Both the position numbers and the translations under genes were made by a program. From Heptranchias perlo (Eukaryota), in contig NC_090326.1 in assembly GCF_035084215.1 (NCBI RefSeq), positions 18,600,001-18,664,000 on the forward strand: a stretch of 64,000 nt of DNA, written 5' to 3'. The notes below the pieces were generated by a model. It saw nothing but the letters and a program-made list of their open reading frames with translations, had not been told where the DNA came from and made no database searches. Below, piece after piece: positions 63,636 to 64,000 of the stretch; the stretch's first letter is position 1; each line of letters begins with the position of its first letter.

Positions 63636-64000
63636 CTGCACAACAGTAATTTAAAAAGAGCCCAAGCAGTCTACCTAGGAACTTTGGATGGAATCTTTTT
63701 AACATATCAAGGAATTGGGGGCCTGCACCGTCTCCCTCCTAACATTAAAGATTAGCTGACAGGACAGCAGCACTGAACGTGTGTCCAACCAAGTACGCAG
63801 AGAGCTTCTCAGCGGCTGACCTTACTGCAACCTGGAAGGATTTGCAGCTGGAATTCCCATCAGCCACCTGCACATCTTGCTTCACAGATGCTGGCCTGAG
63901 ATTGGCAGCTACAGTATAACCAGTCTTACCCCCCAAAAATAATACTCTACTGCTGGCCAACCCAGTGTACTTCAGAATGATAATGAACACATCCACCCCA

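Overview
Vertebrate genomic DNA, most likely a shark or other elasmobranch judging by its repeats (CR1 and L2 LINEs, Deu-domain SINEs, Penelope remnants); the species cannot be fixed from sequence alone. The main content is two head-to-tail NOD1-like genes on the + strand. Copy A is present only as its 3' end (seven 84-bp LRR exons plus a terminal exon, 5654-22018). Copy B is complete (CARD-NACHT-LRR, 11 coding exons, 36538-60998, 942 aa). Their LRR regions are about 58% identical by hand count. Copy A has non-conservative changes at positions matching the mammalian peptidoglycan-sensing residues, while copy B keeps them. Introns and intergenic DNA hold a 4.1-kb GT-based satellite, two minisatellites, an internally deleted Harbinger transposon with a nested CR1, a near full-length single-ORF LINE sharing both its 5' region and tail with a SINE family, four fold-back Penelope-derived insertions with 10-14 bp TSDs, and MITEs. 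Most ORFs in the supplied track are repeat artefacts. Human residue numbers are recalled from memory, and repeat boundaries are approximate unless a TSD or TIR is given.
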